Below, piece by piece: positions 25,735 to 41,300 of a stretch of 64,000 bases of DNA. Numbering within the stretch: the stretch's first letter is position 1; each line of letters begins with the position of its first letter. A model generated the notes under the pieces. It was not told the DNA's origin. It made no database searches and saw only the letters and a list, made by a program, of their open reading frames with translations. The DNA is taken from assembly GCA_964016885.1 (NCBI GenBank), contig OZ024741.1:328476001-328540000 (forward strand), written 5' to 3'. The position numbers were made by a program, and so were the translations under genes. Origin of the DNA: Eledone cirrhosa. Lineage: Eukaryota.

Positions 25735-26570
25735 AGAGGGAATAATAGACAAAGATATACCTAGTTTTTCTTCAAAGTCCCGACTGCAGGTTCGCTGATT
25801 CATATGCATCATTTGAGCCTTATAGAAATGCACCATCGTTGTGAGGCCAATCAGCTTGTCAAAGAAAACCTCAGAAAAAAGGATGGTTTTCCCGATGCAT
25901 TTGTGTAGCAAGTGAGAAAATCTCTATAGTCGGAGGGAGGAATTAACACGTGATACATCAGTCAAGGAAAAAGACTGCTTACTTTGTACCAAGTGAAAAT
26001 ATCTCAGAAGGTGGAGGGAGCAATTAATACATGATTCAGATATCATAGACATGTAGTAAGGTGGACAGAAAGTGAATATCGCATTTGCTAGAAAAAGCAG
26101 TTAGCACCCTCTCGGGTTAACTCTACCATAGGGGTGTTTAAGACAATATAATAATAAAATAAACACTCACATATATATATATATTCATATGTATATGTGT
26201 GTGTGGTGTCCGTCTTAACCACTTTTGCTCGATGGCCGAAAGAGCCAAAATAATGAAAATAATTAAAATAACTTGATAATCAGAGCTATTTATCAAATTA
26301 CAAAATAAGACGAAATAATAGACAAAAATATAGCTATTCTTTCTTCAAAATCCCGAATGCAGTTTCGCTGATCCATATGCAACAATTGCGCATTATGGAA
26401 ATGCACCATCATTGTGAGACAAATCAGGTTTTCAAGTGACACCTCAGAAAAAAGGATTGTTTTCCCGACGCGTTTGTAGCAAGTGAGAATATCCCTATAG
26501 GTGGGGGGAGGAATTAACACGTGATACATCAGGCAAGAATAGACTGTTTCCTTTGTAGCAAGTGGAGTTA
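25735..26570. repeat. Diverged local duplication (~260-bp unit at ~25735-26000 and ~26310-26570)
   Basis: Shared AATAATAGACAAA..GAAATGCACCATC..CCTCAGAAAAAAGGAT..GGAGGAATTAACACGTGATACATCAG. Confidence 0.8.
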
Positions 26571-26613
26571 TATCAGGACGGGGAGGGAGAAATATTTACA
26601 CACACACACAGAC

Positions 26614-26775
26614 CCCGCCCGTCCCCTCAATCTATTTTATTTCTCATTATTTCTTCTGATGAAGGACTAGCGTCCGAAAAGTTAAGACACTCTTCCTGCT
26701 ATATCAAGCGTTAACCTAATATATACCTTCCATATACTGTACCGATTGTGTTGTTATTTCTGTTTACCTTTTACA
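26614..26775 (+). mobile_element. Repeat family A copy (hammerhead at 26652-26687)
   Basis: TCTT-CTGATGA-A-GGACTAGCGTCC-GAAA on the plus strand. Inverted relative to 26892-27152. Confidence 0.82.
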
Positions 26776-26790
26776 TACACACACACACAC

Positions 26791-26854
<64 letters not shown>

Positions 26855-26891
26855 ATGTGTGTATGTGCGCATGTGTGGGTGGGTGTGTGTG

Positions 26892-27150
26892 TGTAAAAGG
26901 TAAACAGAAATAGCAACACAATCGGTACAGTATATGGAAGGTATATATTAGGTTAACGCTTGATATAGCAGGAAGAGGTAATTAACGTTTCGGATGCTAG
27001 TCCTTCGTAAGAAGAAAGAATAAGAAATAAAATAGATTGAGGGGACGGGCGGGATGGAATTGGAAAAAATGTCTTTAGATAAAAATAACAGGTCCATTCA
27101 TGTTGACATCTCTTGCAAAACTGTTGGTGCTGGCGTTTTGTGTATGATTT

Positions 27151-27152
<2 letters not shown>
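26892..27152 (-). mobile_element. Repeat family A copy (hammerhead core mutated)
   Basis: Aligns with 4200-4440. Core reads CUUACGA. Confidence 0.82.
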
Positions 27153-27193
<41 letters not shown>

Positions 27194-28698
27194 TATCATA
27201 TATATATGTATGTGTGTGTGAGCGCGTGCTTTCGTGTATCCTTGTAATAGAAATCTGAATTGCTTTGTAACTACTAATATATTTATTTATTTTCTTTATT
27301 TGGTCTATCTGCTATATTTGATCGCAGTCGATTGCACTCTTTACGATGATTACAGTCGAAAGCTTGTAAACGGAAACTGTATTGTTAACTATATTGTAAA
27401 CTGCATATGTGTATTAATTGTCTTTTCTCACCTTATTAATCTGGGCTAAATTAATAACTTTTCATGCTTGAAAGATAACAGTTGAAATTGCTATGACAAT
27501 AGATATTATAAAACAAATGTATTCTCTGGACAATTGTAATTACACAACTTCTTATATTATACATCATAATATCACGATAAACCTTCATCTGGATTACCGT
27601 CTATAATAATACTTGTATCGTTGTCGTTATTAATATTAGGCCGATGGAATTGGCGAAAATATTTCGCGAGAAAAATGTTTTGTGACGTCTTTACGACCAT
27701 ACACTTACTCACAAAGGCATTAAGATGTCATTATGTAATATTTAATGCGTTGTCTTCAGACAGATGCGGAGTATATGAACAATATTTTTCTTTTTGTATG
27801 CCCTCTGTTGAAGATATTAGAGATGCGGTAGAACCACACTTAGTTTCGTTCGAATGAAATATATATATATGTCAATAACAAGAAAGCATGTAGTTGATGG
27901 GTATATATACACATTCGCTTTTAGTAGTATTCTGAAATAGACATACTAATTTGCATACAATAAGCGCTAATTAACTAAGATACAAAGTAAGAAATGCGCT
28001 GGCAGCCGAGGAGTATGGTAAAGTGATATATGTATGACTACAGAATGTGTAACTAAGACTGCACCAATGTGTATAAATATATAACCTTTTTGAATATATA
28101 AACATGTATACATGACAGAGAATGCGAATTTTGCCTTAAATTGAAAGAATCATATAAGAATGTGATCGGTTTTAATTTCAGCTTTATTGGACCATGCTTA
28201 ATTGCCTACATACATATTAGATATGTGTATATATTTGCACAAGTTGGTGCAACCTCGGTTACATATTCTGTATTTAAATAGATATAACTATATCATGTTT
28301 ATATATATAAACCAGGCTATATGATTAAAAGGCACCTATGAAGAAATAATAGATAAATAAACGACAGCCATCTATTAGCGATCAACAGCTATAGAATATT
28401 TACCCACCATTTCAATAGCACGTGGAAATGGATTAAATATATCGTCAACCATACACAATTAGGTATAAAATTAAAGTTAGAAGAAAAAATGCATATACAC
28501 ATACCAGGATTATATTTCTACCCTTTAGGATTTCGTTCGCTTTTGGAAATATCCTATCAAGGATAAATTCTCGAACTTCGAACTCATTAGGAAACAAACT
28601 CACTTGGACGAAATTTTTCTTAAATGATCCCCGCCAGAAACGAATTCAAAATGGCTAAGAACTGTGACGTGGAAGTTTGTCAAGTCAGAAAGAATGTG

Positions 28699-28774
<76 letters not shown>

Positions 28775-28909
28775 AAAGTTCTATTTAAAATTATTGGGAT
28801 ACCACAAGTAAATATTTTTATAACTGATATAAAGCACTCGACAAGTATTTGGAGTAGATATACGATATTAATAAATGGAAACTATATTTATAAAACCATA
28901 TTTATTTCA

Positions 28910-28963
28910 TTATACATATTTCAGGGATACCAAATTAAATTATGGTATGCCTTCATCAGACAA
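28910..28963 (-). ncRNA. Hammerhead-like motif, inverted and upstream of PLE copy 3
   Basis: Minus: CUGAUGA-AGG-C-AUACCA(10 nt)UGGUAU-C-CCU-GAAA-UAUGUA. Stems I and III imperfect. Confidence 0.5.
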
Positions 28964-29159
28964 AATTCAATATATAACAGTTTTACAAATAAGCTTTGAC
29001 GTACCCTATTAAAATGCAACCATTGTTTTTGGAAGCCATCCGGATAGTGATTTGTTATTAATCTATAGAAAAAAATATTGAAAAGATATTGAGAAAATAT
29101 TGAAAAAATATTGAAAAAAATATTGAAAAAAATATTGTTAAATATTGTTTTAAAAAATG

Positions 29160-30395
29160 TTAAATAGAGAAGCTTCTGAAATAATTCATAAATTAGGCAA
29201 CAAAAGTAGGACCGAACCCTTTATACCCAGAAGACCGAAAATTAACCTGACAGATGACAAAAGAAACTTTGAAATAGAACTACCAGTCTGACTTATAGCA
29301 CCATCTAAATCAATCTTAGGCATAGTTCGTAAACATATATTAGATAGAATCATACCGCAACTTAAAGAAATATCTTACCTAAAACTATGGAACGGTACTA
29401 ATGAGGTTATAGACTCGTTCAATAACATAAAATTTAAACATAACAACAAATTCATTCAAATGGATATTGCAAACTACTACTCCTCTATTACTCCTAGTTT
29501 ACTTAATAAGGCTCCTATATATGCATCTAAACATACAGATTTATCTGGTGAAGAAATGCATATCATTTTAACTGCACGGAAAACTTTAAATGGTTTCAAC
29601 AATCTCTGGACAAGAGCCGATAGAAAAAATAATTTTGATATCACCATGGGATCATCTGACTTGGCGCAAATAACGGATTTGTGGGCTTATTTTTAATAAT
29701 ACACTGCATAGAAAAATACCAGAGATGACCGGTGGTTTATATCGTGATGATATGCTGCTTTTAATTGAAAATCATAGAAATTGTGAAATTAATAGGAAAA
29801 GAAAATATATAATACAATTCTTCAATAACTACAACCTTAAGTTACAAATAAAGAATAACTATAAAATCGTTAACTTTTTAGACGTAACATTAAACCTTAT
29901 CCATAAAATTAATGAGAATCTAAACTATGTAAGTTTTAACTCTAATCATCCTAGATCTATCAAGAACACTATTGTCAATTGTGTCCAACAACGGATTTCA
30001 CGCATCTCCGCATAAAAACATTTTTGATGATAAGGCTGAATTTTATAATGAAAAACGCTAATAAAAACATTCTTGATGATAAGGCTGAATATTATAATTA
30101 AGCTTTAAATAGAGCAGGGTATATAAATAAGATTAAATACATCGACAACAATAATAAGGCAAATCACACTACTATTAATTGTAATAATGATAATAAAAAT
30201 TTAACTTAAACTCTAAAACTAACGGAAGAACTAGAACTAGAAATATTATTTGGTATTCACACCCATTCTCATTAAGCGTTAAAACACCTTTAGCAAAGCT
30301 ATTCTTTAAAGCACTAGACAAATGTTTTCCTAAAGCCCACAGATACCACTCAATCTTTAACGGACATACTATAAAACTATCCTACTCTACTATTT
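29160..30395 (+). pseudogene. Decayed Penelope-like RT (PLE copy 3)
   Basis: RLIAPSKS, FIQMDIANYY, FDITMGSSD, GLYRDDML, VNFLDVTL, SNHP, IIWY, IKLSYST. Many frameshifts. Confidence 0.9.
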
Positions 30396-30660
30396 TATTT
30401 ACATAATATACAAAACTAATATCCCTCATAACTCCTTAGAGCAACTATCTATAACATGATATACCCATCTATTTATTTATTTATTTATCTACTTATAAAC
30501 GAATGAATAATATTATATTATAAACAGATTTTAAACAACTAATAATCGTAAAATATCCTTTTAATATAAATACACATAATATTAAGATATATATTTACAT
30601 ATATACATAGATAATTGTCCGAATATATTTCCCTCAAATTAACGTTATATGAGTTTTTAT

Positions 30661-30741
<81 letters not shown>

Positions 30742-30943
30742 GCATAGTCGTTTAAATAAACGGTTGTTTTTCAATTATTTACATATTCATTTACACACAT
30801 AATTTTGAAAAATCCCTAATACATTTCCACTATCCAGGGAATATCCAACTGATAAGGTATGATTTTCCTGGGTATGTCTCTATTTATAAAACAAACTTTG
30901 TATTTTAACTGAAGAAAGCGTTCCATATAATAAAATAAAATAA

Positions 30944-31505
<562 letters not shown>

Positions 31506-31527
31506 TATATATATATATGTGTATGTA

Positions 31528-31626
<99 letters not shown>

Positions 31627-31629
31627 ATG

Positions 31630-31662
<33 letters not shown>

Positions 31663-31908
31663 ATGTATATATATATATATGTGTGTGTGTGCGCGCGTGT
31701 GTGTGAGTGTGAGTGTATACATATTGGTCTAATCTTTATCTTCTATCGACTTACCGCTATTGTCAGCTATGTGTTTTGTTCATAATACTTTTATGAACCT
31801 CCAAATCATCACACAACTACGTATTTGCAGGAAGTAGTATTCTCATTGTATTTGCGAAATATTACCGTCGATAATCAATGTATTCATATACACAAACACA
31901 TACACGCG

Positions 31909-31942
<34 letters not shown>

Positions 31943-32012
31943 TATATATATATTCATATATACCAGAAAGAGAGAGAGAAAGATGTATATATATTGTATG
32001 TATGTATGTATG

Positions 32013-32123
<111 letters not shown>

Positions 32124-33575
32124 AGGGAGAGAGAGATTCAGAAAGTTACGGCAATAGAGCTTGGAGTAAAGGTTAAATATGAATAAGAAGATATTTTGTC
32201 GGTCAGGGGCCAACATGGGAGGTTGAACAACAACAACATCATCACCAATAACAATAACAGCAACAACAATAAAAATCAAGTAAGGAGCCTCATTTTAAAT
32301 CGATTAACCAAACAAGGGAGAAAAGTTACAATAATTTGCCAAAATATTGACATACTGTCAATAAGATTCTTCATCAAAGCTTGTATGTGTTATGTGAAAT
32401 AATTGTAAAAGATTTGTGTTGCATGGCTGCTATTGTGGTTAAATTATATGTGTTGTATGTATCGGCTTTTTTTTATATCTTATTTATTAGTCCGATACAG
32501 TTGATTTTATTTCAATATGAGTGTCCTCTCTTGGGAATAGAGCGGACATATCTATTTCTTTCTGACATTGAATATCGATGTTGCTATAATTGTATCTTTT
32601 ATTTCGGTTTTTAAAGCTTCTTATGCTGAATGTACAACTATGGCGATCTTTAGCTTTTCTTTTTTGGATATTCAGTGTTGTATCCGCTTGTTATTTGTAG
32701 TATTTATACCATATTTATGCCATATTCACGATTCTGTCATATCGTATTAAATATAAACAGCCATAGTTAAGCGAAGTGTAAAGAGAATTGGAGGTGATTA
32801 TCTTTATTCAAATTCTACGGACATAACGCGCAATTGAAAATAACTTGGTAACATGTATCACGCCTTCGTTAAAGGCTTTAGGAGCCTAGGTAGTCGAAAG
32901 AAAACACTAATACACTCTCGACTCCTTCAAGCTTGATCTACGGTAACATACAGATATATATAGAGGGTGACAATTCTAAACCACCACTAAGCTGTTACTT
33001 GGATATAAAGTCAAAATATACCTTGACATGATTTGAACACAAGACGCAGAGTGTCAGGACAAATATCGTAACGTATTCTAATAATTCTGCCACATCGACC
33101 ATTATAGAGTAGGGCTTAACTAAAGAGAAATTTGTAGCAGCCAAAGATTGTTACATTGGAATACCGTAGAAATGTCCGGTCAATGATGGGTTTCCTCGTT
33201 GTATTTACCAACGAGTACACACTTATAGAGTGAATACACTGTCTAAATTAAAAGATGATTCAAGAGTGATTTCAATATAATTAACTTTGTGTCAAGCATT
33301 TAGCTTGATCCCCGATCATATGGTGTTTACAGAGTAATTAACCTTGTACGGAGTATTCAGCTAGATCCTTTATCATATGGTGTTTTCATTAACTTTGATG
33401 CCTACGTGATTAACAGAAAGCTTTCACCTACATGATGCGGCATTTTGGGGGTAATTCATTCTGTAGAAATCAAGAGTTAATATATAAACAACTGGTGTTA
33501 TATTTCCCATACATACACTTACATCTTTGCTGTGTTATTCATTTCAATATTCAGCTCTCATTACATATCGAAAAT

Positions 33576-33642
<67 letters not shown>

Positions 33643-33677
33643 TGTATATATATATATATGTGTGTATATATATACAT

Positions 33678-33745
<68 letters not shown>

Positions 33746-34386
33746 GTATGTATACATATATATATTTGTATATATATATATATATATATACTTTAAAGTA
33801 TGTCCATAGAATCATTTGATAATATATATACACCATTTCCTCTCCCAATTACCATAATTAACCACATATATATATACATATATATATATAATTACCATAT
33901 ATACATATATACATATAATTAACATACACACATATATATACATATATATATGTATGTATACATATATATATTTGTATATATATACACATAAATATACATA
34001 TATCTATGTATGTATCTCTCCCTCTATATGTATAACACACAAACACTTATATATATATATATATATATATATACATACAGAAATATAGTAAAATATTCAT
34101 ATATGCATTCCACCTATGTGCATTAATATTATTAATCTTAGTAGATTTCCTCTATATATATATGTGTGTGTGTGCGTGTGTGTGGGGGTATGTGCGTGTG
34201 TGTGTGTGTATCCAGAGATATGCAAATAGATGCATATATGCTTTCCAGTTCTTCATACGTATATGCATCTGATTAACTCTATTGTTGTTAACTTTATGTG
34301 TGTTGATGTCTATCTATCTTCATATATATGTATATATATATATATAGGTACATATATATATATAGGTACATATACATATATATATG

Positions 34387-34502
<116 letters not shown>

Positions 34503-35140
34503 GCTATATATGCATACATTTATAGAGACAGCGAGGGAGTGTGTGTATTTAAAAGAGAAAAAGAGAGAGGTGAGCGTGTTCGCTTATCTGTGTATGAGTA
34601 TTTGTGAATATCAGTGTAGTTGATTGTTGATGCAGTAAAAACATTAATACATTCGGTATAAATCCAAAATCTCTTAGCTTATCGATAGATTTTTATGTTA
34701 ACTAATGACATAATTTTACATGTTTTTGATGCTATCGCCGATCAGTGTCTGACTTGATAGATATTACGAAAGGGTAAAATGGCGCCCACAGTCGCCAGAT
34801 ATGATAAAGTCCAAGAATCAGGAATAACCTGGTGACAGTCTGGTGTAGCCAGTCATTAAGAGGAATTCTGGAATTGTTAGATAATTTTAAAAGACAAATA
34901 TGAGCGCAGCAGATATATCAGTTTGCTTATGGAGTTAGTATGGCTAAAAGCTCAAGTCTTTCAAGTTCAGTTCTGCTGCTTGGCATCAAATGTCTTCTAG
35001 TAATCTATTACAGCGTCGTGTTGTGAAGACTTATTTGTCACTAGGAAATTGTGGGGAATTGTATTGTATTCATACACATATGAATACTTACATACATACG
35101 TTCGTAAGTACAAATATACATACATATATATTTATATATA

Positions 35141-35656
35141 TGGTGGCTGCAAGCTCTGCTAAGAGTATTACAATTGCTTGTCAGATTACAGAAAATGGTG
35201 CACCTTTAAGCTACAGCCAGCTTCACGAACCTGTAATATATACTGAACAAGGAATGCCTGTGCTTTGAAGGTGTTTTAAGTGGGGAAAGGCCTTGCACTC
35301 GACCAATCCCACTCTCTGGTCATCGAAAACACTACCCGAAAAGGAGAACTGGTCAACATCCTCGGATGTTTTCGAAGCCGCACGTTTATTTTCAGAGTTT
35401 TTCTTACAAAGGTGTTGCCACAATAGCTGGGGGCCATTCACCCCCAGGTGAAAAAAAAGGTATTATATGAATGGCCGTTGACTCTGCTGAGTTTCTCCGC
35501 CCTTCGCTGCATCTTGTATTTCATCCCGCAGGGTGTCCAAATATTCCCCACTTCACCAAGCAAGCTTGGTGGGGTTGTCGGTTTAGTCACCGACGACCCA
35601 ACCATGAGACAGGTTGTACTTGGTCACATGTTACCAGTAGCACTCGATAGTGACGT

Positions 35657-35659
<3 letters not shown>
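35141..35659 (-). mobile_element. Repeat family D copy
   Basis: Minus strand begins TCACGTCACTATCGAGTGCTACTGGTAAC and ends GCAGCCACCA followed by TA repeats. Confidence 0.8.
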
Positions 35660-35691
<32 letters not shown>

Positions 35692-35722
35692 AGATAAATC
35701 TACCAAGAGTTTACGGTAGTGT

Positions 35723-36430
35723 CCAATCTGAGAAGCCCGTCTTTGCCGGGCAATAATCACAAGAGTATGCCTTATTTTGACTTTTTTTTCTAATCCATGT
35801 CAGACCATGTCTCCTCCGAAGGCTAGTCCCCTTGATGACGACGGATTTCTTTACTCATTGGGTCAATTTATGTTTGTATAAACAATGTTTGTTCTTTTTT
35901 CCATCTGGTGTATAGATGTAAAGATATTTCTAACTTCCTTTTCTTGAACATCCAATGTAAAACTTACGAAAGGTGAAGCAGGGCTTTTTAATGAGAAAAC
36001 TTAGACTCACTGGAAATGGGAAATCATTTGAATTGGAATGGGACATCAGTGGGGATAAGAGGAATACTTGGAATGAGCACATCCAATCCCCTACCCTATC
36101 CTGTTCAAATGGTGGCTTGATCATGTGAGGATACACATTTTTTCACAACAAATCGAGTTCTATTGCATAGCCTTGGTGGGTCCAAAGTCCTCAATAACAG
36201 TTGAAGGACATGTGGAGGCATTCTTGATGCTTCTAAAGAGTTCAGGACCTCTGACGGGTAGTGGACAGTTTCCGATTGTTCCACCACAGTGGTGACAGAT
36301 CGATAGAGCTTCGAAACCTCTGGAATTCTTTTTAACAGCGCTTGATTTACTAATTTCACAGTCACATTTTTCGGGTCCAATGTAGCCCTTTTACTGAGTC
36401 ACCTGTGACTTGCGAACTGATATTCAAGAT
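35723..36430 (-). mobile_element. Helitron 3' fragment (PIF1-like helicase, terminal hairpin)
   Basis: PKNVTV..VHYPSEVLNSLEASRMPPHVL..LRTLDPPRLCNRTR; hairpin GCCCG-GCAAAGA-CGGGC at 35735-35751. Confidence 0.85.
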
Positions 36431-36717
36431 TAGTGAACAATTTTTCTATGATACCATAAATTCCTCCGCTTAATGAATTTCCTTTTGTTTGCTTAGAATA
36501 AATGAACCTTAAGATAGGTGCGGTTGTCGGTATATATGTGTTTGTCTATAGGTAATTAGTTTGAATGCCTTTTACATGTACTATGTATGTTTCTTTAAAT
36601 ATAGTTTTTCTCAAAGAATCCTTGTTTTTAAAATCCCTTGGGCATTGACCTCTACCCAACCTAATCACCACCTTCCCCTACCGCCAGAAATACCACCATG
36701 CCACAATGACAGTTGGC

Positions 36718-36764
36718 TTTCCTCATGATTTCCTTCGAATGAAACAGTTCTTGTCCTGTAGAAA
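36718..36764 (+). ncRNA. Hammerhead motif, family F, diverged copy
   Basis: UUUC-CUCAUGA-U-UUC(cuuc)GAA-U-GAAA-CAG(uucuuguc)CUG-UA-GAAA. Confidence 0.6.
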
Positions 36765-36975
36765 CCATTTATATATTAAATAATATACATACATACATAT
36801 ATATGTGTGTGTGTGTGATTGTGTGTGTTTACTGTTTAATTCTATATCATAACCTTGTTTATCTCTGCAAAAATTGCATATGTACCAATGTACATTTATA
36901 CTTATCTACATACATATATACATGCATCATTCATACATACATGTTTATATATATGTGTATATATATGTATAAATA

Positions 36976-37019
<44 letters not shown>

Positions 37020-38589
37020 CGTGTATATATATTTATATGTATGTATGTGTATATACATATATGTGGGTGGGTGGGTGTGTGAGTGTGTGTGTGTTTAATT
37101 CTGTCCCATTGGCTTATGTGTATCTCTACAAGAGAGAGAAGGAAAGACAGAGAGAGAGAGAGATGGCCAAGATATATATATATATATATATTTATGCTTT
37201 GAGAGTGTCATGCTGCCAATGAAACATACGCATCCTTGAGTATATTTCCAATTATTATAATTTACCGTCATTTAATTTAATTACCGATGATTGTTTAGTT
37301 GTTGATTGTCTATACTCTTTCGTCATACATTCAGTGACTGCTTTTGTTACTTTGGTTCTCTTCTTTGTTCTGTTTTTCACCACCGTGCTTTGGTGAGGTG
37401 TGCACCTGGACTGCGTATGAGTTATACACGTGTGTGTGTGTGTGCGCGCGCGTGTGTGTGTGTGCGTGTATATGTCTGCATATGTATGTGTGGTGTGAGT
37501 GTGCGTCTTCTTACTTTTCTACTTGTCAATAGTTAGATAATTGTTATCTTTTGCATTCTACATATGTATGTATCTTATTAGTTTTCTTCTTGTGTTTCTT
37601 TATATTATCATTAGTCACTATGTTGTGAGGTTATTTTTATTCTATTCATGCTTTCTATTTTATTTTGGTCGAAGTTTATATTATGTTTGTATCTTCTGTA
37701 ATCTATCGAAGCATTACGTCTGTTCTGTGTGTACATAACTATTCATACAGAATGACACAATGTATACATATATTGATTAGCATAGTCACAGTAGTGTTGA
37801 ATATTTAAGACATTTGCTTCACAATCATATGGCCTCTGGTTAGATCTTGCTTCCTGATATCTTACTCAAGCGCCATTTACAAGAAACCCGAGCCGGCTCA
37901 AGAGTTGTGAGTGAAATTGGTTAGACGGAAACTATTAGGAACCCCGTAGCGAAATTAACGTGCAAGTCCCAAAGCATTCCATAGACGCGTAGTACCTGTA
38001 ACGTAATTCCCAAGGAGACTCCGCAAGATAAAGCTTGGGACAAAGCTGGCACTCTTGATTACTGTTACAGTTAATTCAAGTGGCTTCAAAACAGTTTCGT
38101 TCTACGGAATTTCCTCACAAGGTATGGGTCAACCCGAGGTTTGTGGTCAATGACAATTGTCCGAATTCGACCGCAAGTTGATGAAAACTAATGACTTATG
38201 AATGTAATGCAAAGCGAATATCTTAAACAGTCATCAATACTGCGTCCACATCCATTCCATGTAAAATTCAATTAATTTCTAACAGGTGGCTTAGTGAGGC
38301 ATCCCTAGCGTTTTTCCAGCCAATCAGCTTTAATCTACTTCACCTGCTATATTTCAATGTCTGCTATAATTACATTTACAAGTTAATTAGCTACATACAT
38401 AACGGAGTTGGAATGTTTAAATTTCATATAAATATTATATACATCATATACGTAAATGTCCAATATATATAGGCTCCTTTACCGCAAATCTATATTTACG
38501 ATGCGATATCTATGCACACACTATGAGCTGCACCTGAACTATCCTCACCAACTATCATGACTGCACACGACTTTCAAAGGAAGTCTAGC

Positions 38590-38850
38590 AGTGAGATTGT
38601 GATAAGGGTGTTGGTCTTACGATTATAATGTCCTGGGTTCAATTCCTGGACTGAGTTGTGTGTTGTGTTCTCGAATAAATTACTCTATTTCACGTTGCCT
38701 CCCAGTATACTCAGCTGAAAATGAGTACAAGCAATAGCTGCGATGGGCTGGCGTCTTGTCCACGAGGGAGAGGAATCTTGTACTCTCAGTCGTTTATCGC
38801 CAGTGAAACCAGGATAGACACCGGCCTGATAAGCCTACGGGTTCGAGAAA
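38590..38850 (+). mobile_element. Degenerate tRNA-derived SINE, family S2
   Basis: B-box GGGTTCAATTCC, then TTGTGTTCTCGAATAA..TTTCACGTTGC..ACTCAGCTG as in 50272-50410. Confidence 0.65.
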
Positions 38851-39794
38851 GGCTTTAAAGTTAAACTGTTGCCTATGTACCCTATTCCCTTTCTCCCAAT
38901 GGTATCCAAGTAATAGAGAGAGCTCCATTTGCGTGTCACCAGAACCGATGTTATCAGAATGAAAACAACCAGAAAAGATACCGTGCTTCACTAACATTTC
39001 CGCTACCCTACACCGTTGGATTGTTACATTTTCTCAACCTCCAAAAGGAGGAATAGCAAATTTGGTCTCGGAAGAATTTGAACTGTAAGCTCAGGAAGCC
39101 GAAAGGAATAATGCAAATTATTCTATCCAACGCTCTACCGATGCTATTATGTATATTTGCCGCCTTATAACAGATTATTGGTTTATTTTTCATGTGTATA
39201 ATTGAAATGTAAAATGGTGTACTCATCATAACTGTTTTAATTCATTCACGGAAGAATAAATTGAAATTCTCTTGCGGAAGAATAAAAATTGTAATATCAG
39301 TATAAACTGTAATTTATACTGACATTTCAATTAGGATGTAGGAAGATTTATTAATCTAGAATATTCCTATAAACAGCTCGTTTGAACTTGATCTTTTGCC
39401 ATATGTCTCGCAAAACACTTTCGCATTAATTGTGACTTGGTTGTGATTATGGAGGACAGCGTATTGGCATAGTCGTTAAAGAGTTTGAATCAATAGCTCG
39501 ATATATGTTCCGGTTCTCTGCTCTTTACGTTCAAATACTCCAGGGATCACCTTTACATTTCATCGTTTCGAGGTCGGAAAATAAAATACCAGCGAAGTAC
39601 TTGGATCATTTTTTACGCTATACCTTCATCATGTTCTCTCTATGTATTTCTCTCTCCCCTTTTTCTCTCTCTCTTTATTTTCTCTCTCTTTCTTTCTCTT
39701 TCTCTCCAGAAGGAGATGGGCTCCTGTAGGTTTAAAATGTCCAAAATACGCCGTGTGCCATGACAGCGCACTTATAGCTGCATCAGAAATTAAG

Positions 39795-40560
39795 AGTTCC
39801 TTTCTACTGGGTGAGAAGTGGATAAATAAGGTACTTGATGTAATTAGAATAAATGACAAAATTATGAAGCTCGGAATCATCATAGACAATAGAATAACAT
39901 CAATTATCTCCACCTATGCACAGCAAGCAGGACAAAGCAAAGAACAAACAACTTAAATACCACCTAATAGATAAGTTCAGTTACAGATAATAGAGAACTC
40001 ATCATCCTAGCTAGTGGCTTAAATAGACTTGTTTGGCAGTACCAGGGTGGCTACACCGGTATACACGGTGGCTATGGGCATGGTTCGAAAAATGAAAGAC
40101 GGGGCTGGGCTCCTAGAATTATGTGTTGCAAATGAACTAAACATTTTCAACACTAACTTCAGGAGAGCTGCCAGTCCACTGCAGTGTTCTTGAATGTGGA
40201 GAATGAGTGGAAGGGAGAGGGACTACTCTTAGCAGACTCCACAAATGCGCCATCTGTCGAAATTGACAGTTATAGTGTTAAATAAGCAAGCAAGATGAAA
40301 GATGGTAAAGCCGCTGGCAGTCGGAAATAGTCGTTGAGATGGAGATAGCGTCTGCGGAAGGTGGAGCGGAACTAGTCAACCACATAGTTATACACGTAAT
40401 AGAGGACTGGGTCACGCTGAATGACTGATGCGGCAGTATACACATTAATTGCTTTAAAAGAAAATGTTGAAGCTCTGGAAAGGAGTAATAATAGAAGCAT
40501 AAACCTAATGGACCAAGGTATGAATGTGACAGAATGAGTTGTAACACAACTAATTAGGGA
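39795..40560 (+). pseudogene. Decayed RTE-like LINE fragment (AP endonuclease region)
   Basis: LLGEKWINKVLDVIRINDKIMKL..SIISTYAQQAG; later GYTGIHGGYG..RLL-like ELCVANEL..FNTNFR. Confidence 0.7.
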
Positions 40561-40809
40561 AAGAACCAAATGGAGATATTCATAATTCGTTTATGTTAGA
40601 GAAGAACACTCTGGAAACTCTGATCACTCGTTTATTTTGTCTTGAACTGTTTCAGCTTCGCATCTGAAAAGAGGGTAGAAGCCCTGAAATATCAAGCTGA
40701 AATAAACTGGGTAAAATATTACTTTCTTTTGTTGTTTTATTTGTCATCATTCACCCTTCGTAATTTTCTACCACATATATCCAAATTTAAAAAACACAAT
40801 ATCAGTTTT

Positions 40810-40869
<60 letters not shown>

Positions 40870-40872
<3 letters not shown>

Positions 40873-41035
40873 TAAAATAACAGATTAAAGTTTAAGCAAA
40901 TAATCGCTGCTTTCACCCTTAACGGGATCTTCTGAAACTAACAAAGTCAATCTGTAAACGCAGAACTGGATATTTCAAAAAACGTTGCAACCGGATGAAG
41001 ACAGGAAGAAGATACTTTGGTTCGTGGAAACGTTC
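40870..41035 (-). mobile_element. Repeat family C copy (best-formed CAGAAGA hammerhead geometry, 40889-40939)
   Basis: Minus: AGUUU-CAGAAGA-U-CCC(guuaa)GGG-U-GAAA-GCA(9 nt)UGC-UU-AAACU. Confidence 0.72.
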
Positions 41036-41037
41036 GC

Positions 41038-41300
41038 TGGCAAAGAACGGGAAAAAACGAATATAATACGTCATTAATAGGAGCGATGAAAAACAATTAC
41101 GCGCAAAGACAGAACCACGTTTATGTTATAAAAGAGGTCGTAGACTAATGTTCTCTTACGTGGTGCATAGAGACGTTCTCTGGCAATGAACGAAAAAAAA
41201 CGAAGATAATACGTCATATGTGGAGCGTGGAGAACAATAGCACGCAAAGACAAAACCACGTAAATGGTATAGCAGAAGTCGTAGACTAAATTTCTAACTA
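41038..41300. repeat. Diverged ~143-bp tandem duplication
   Basis: TGGCAA..ATAATACGTCAT..CGCAAAGACA..AACCACGT..GTCGTAGACTAA at 41038 and 41181. Confidence 0.8.

Noticed and set aside
27335-27372. Additional hammerhead-like string (..ACGATGA..GTCGAAAGCTTGTAAA)
   Set aside because: Core and stem II are too degenerate and it is single-copy, so it cannot be separated from chance.
32400-32750. Possible R4/Dong-like LINE remnant on the minus strand (LKTEIKDTIIA)
   Set aside because: Similarity rests on one short degenerate motif; too weak to call.
39650-39956. Host exon after a strong polypyrimidine tract and CAG at ~39708
   Set aside because: The tract is a degenerate (CT)n repeat and the downstream frame runs into an RTE endonuclease remnant.
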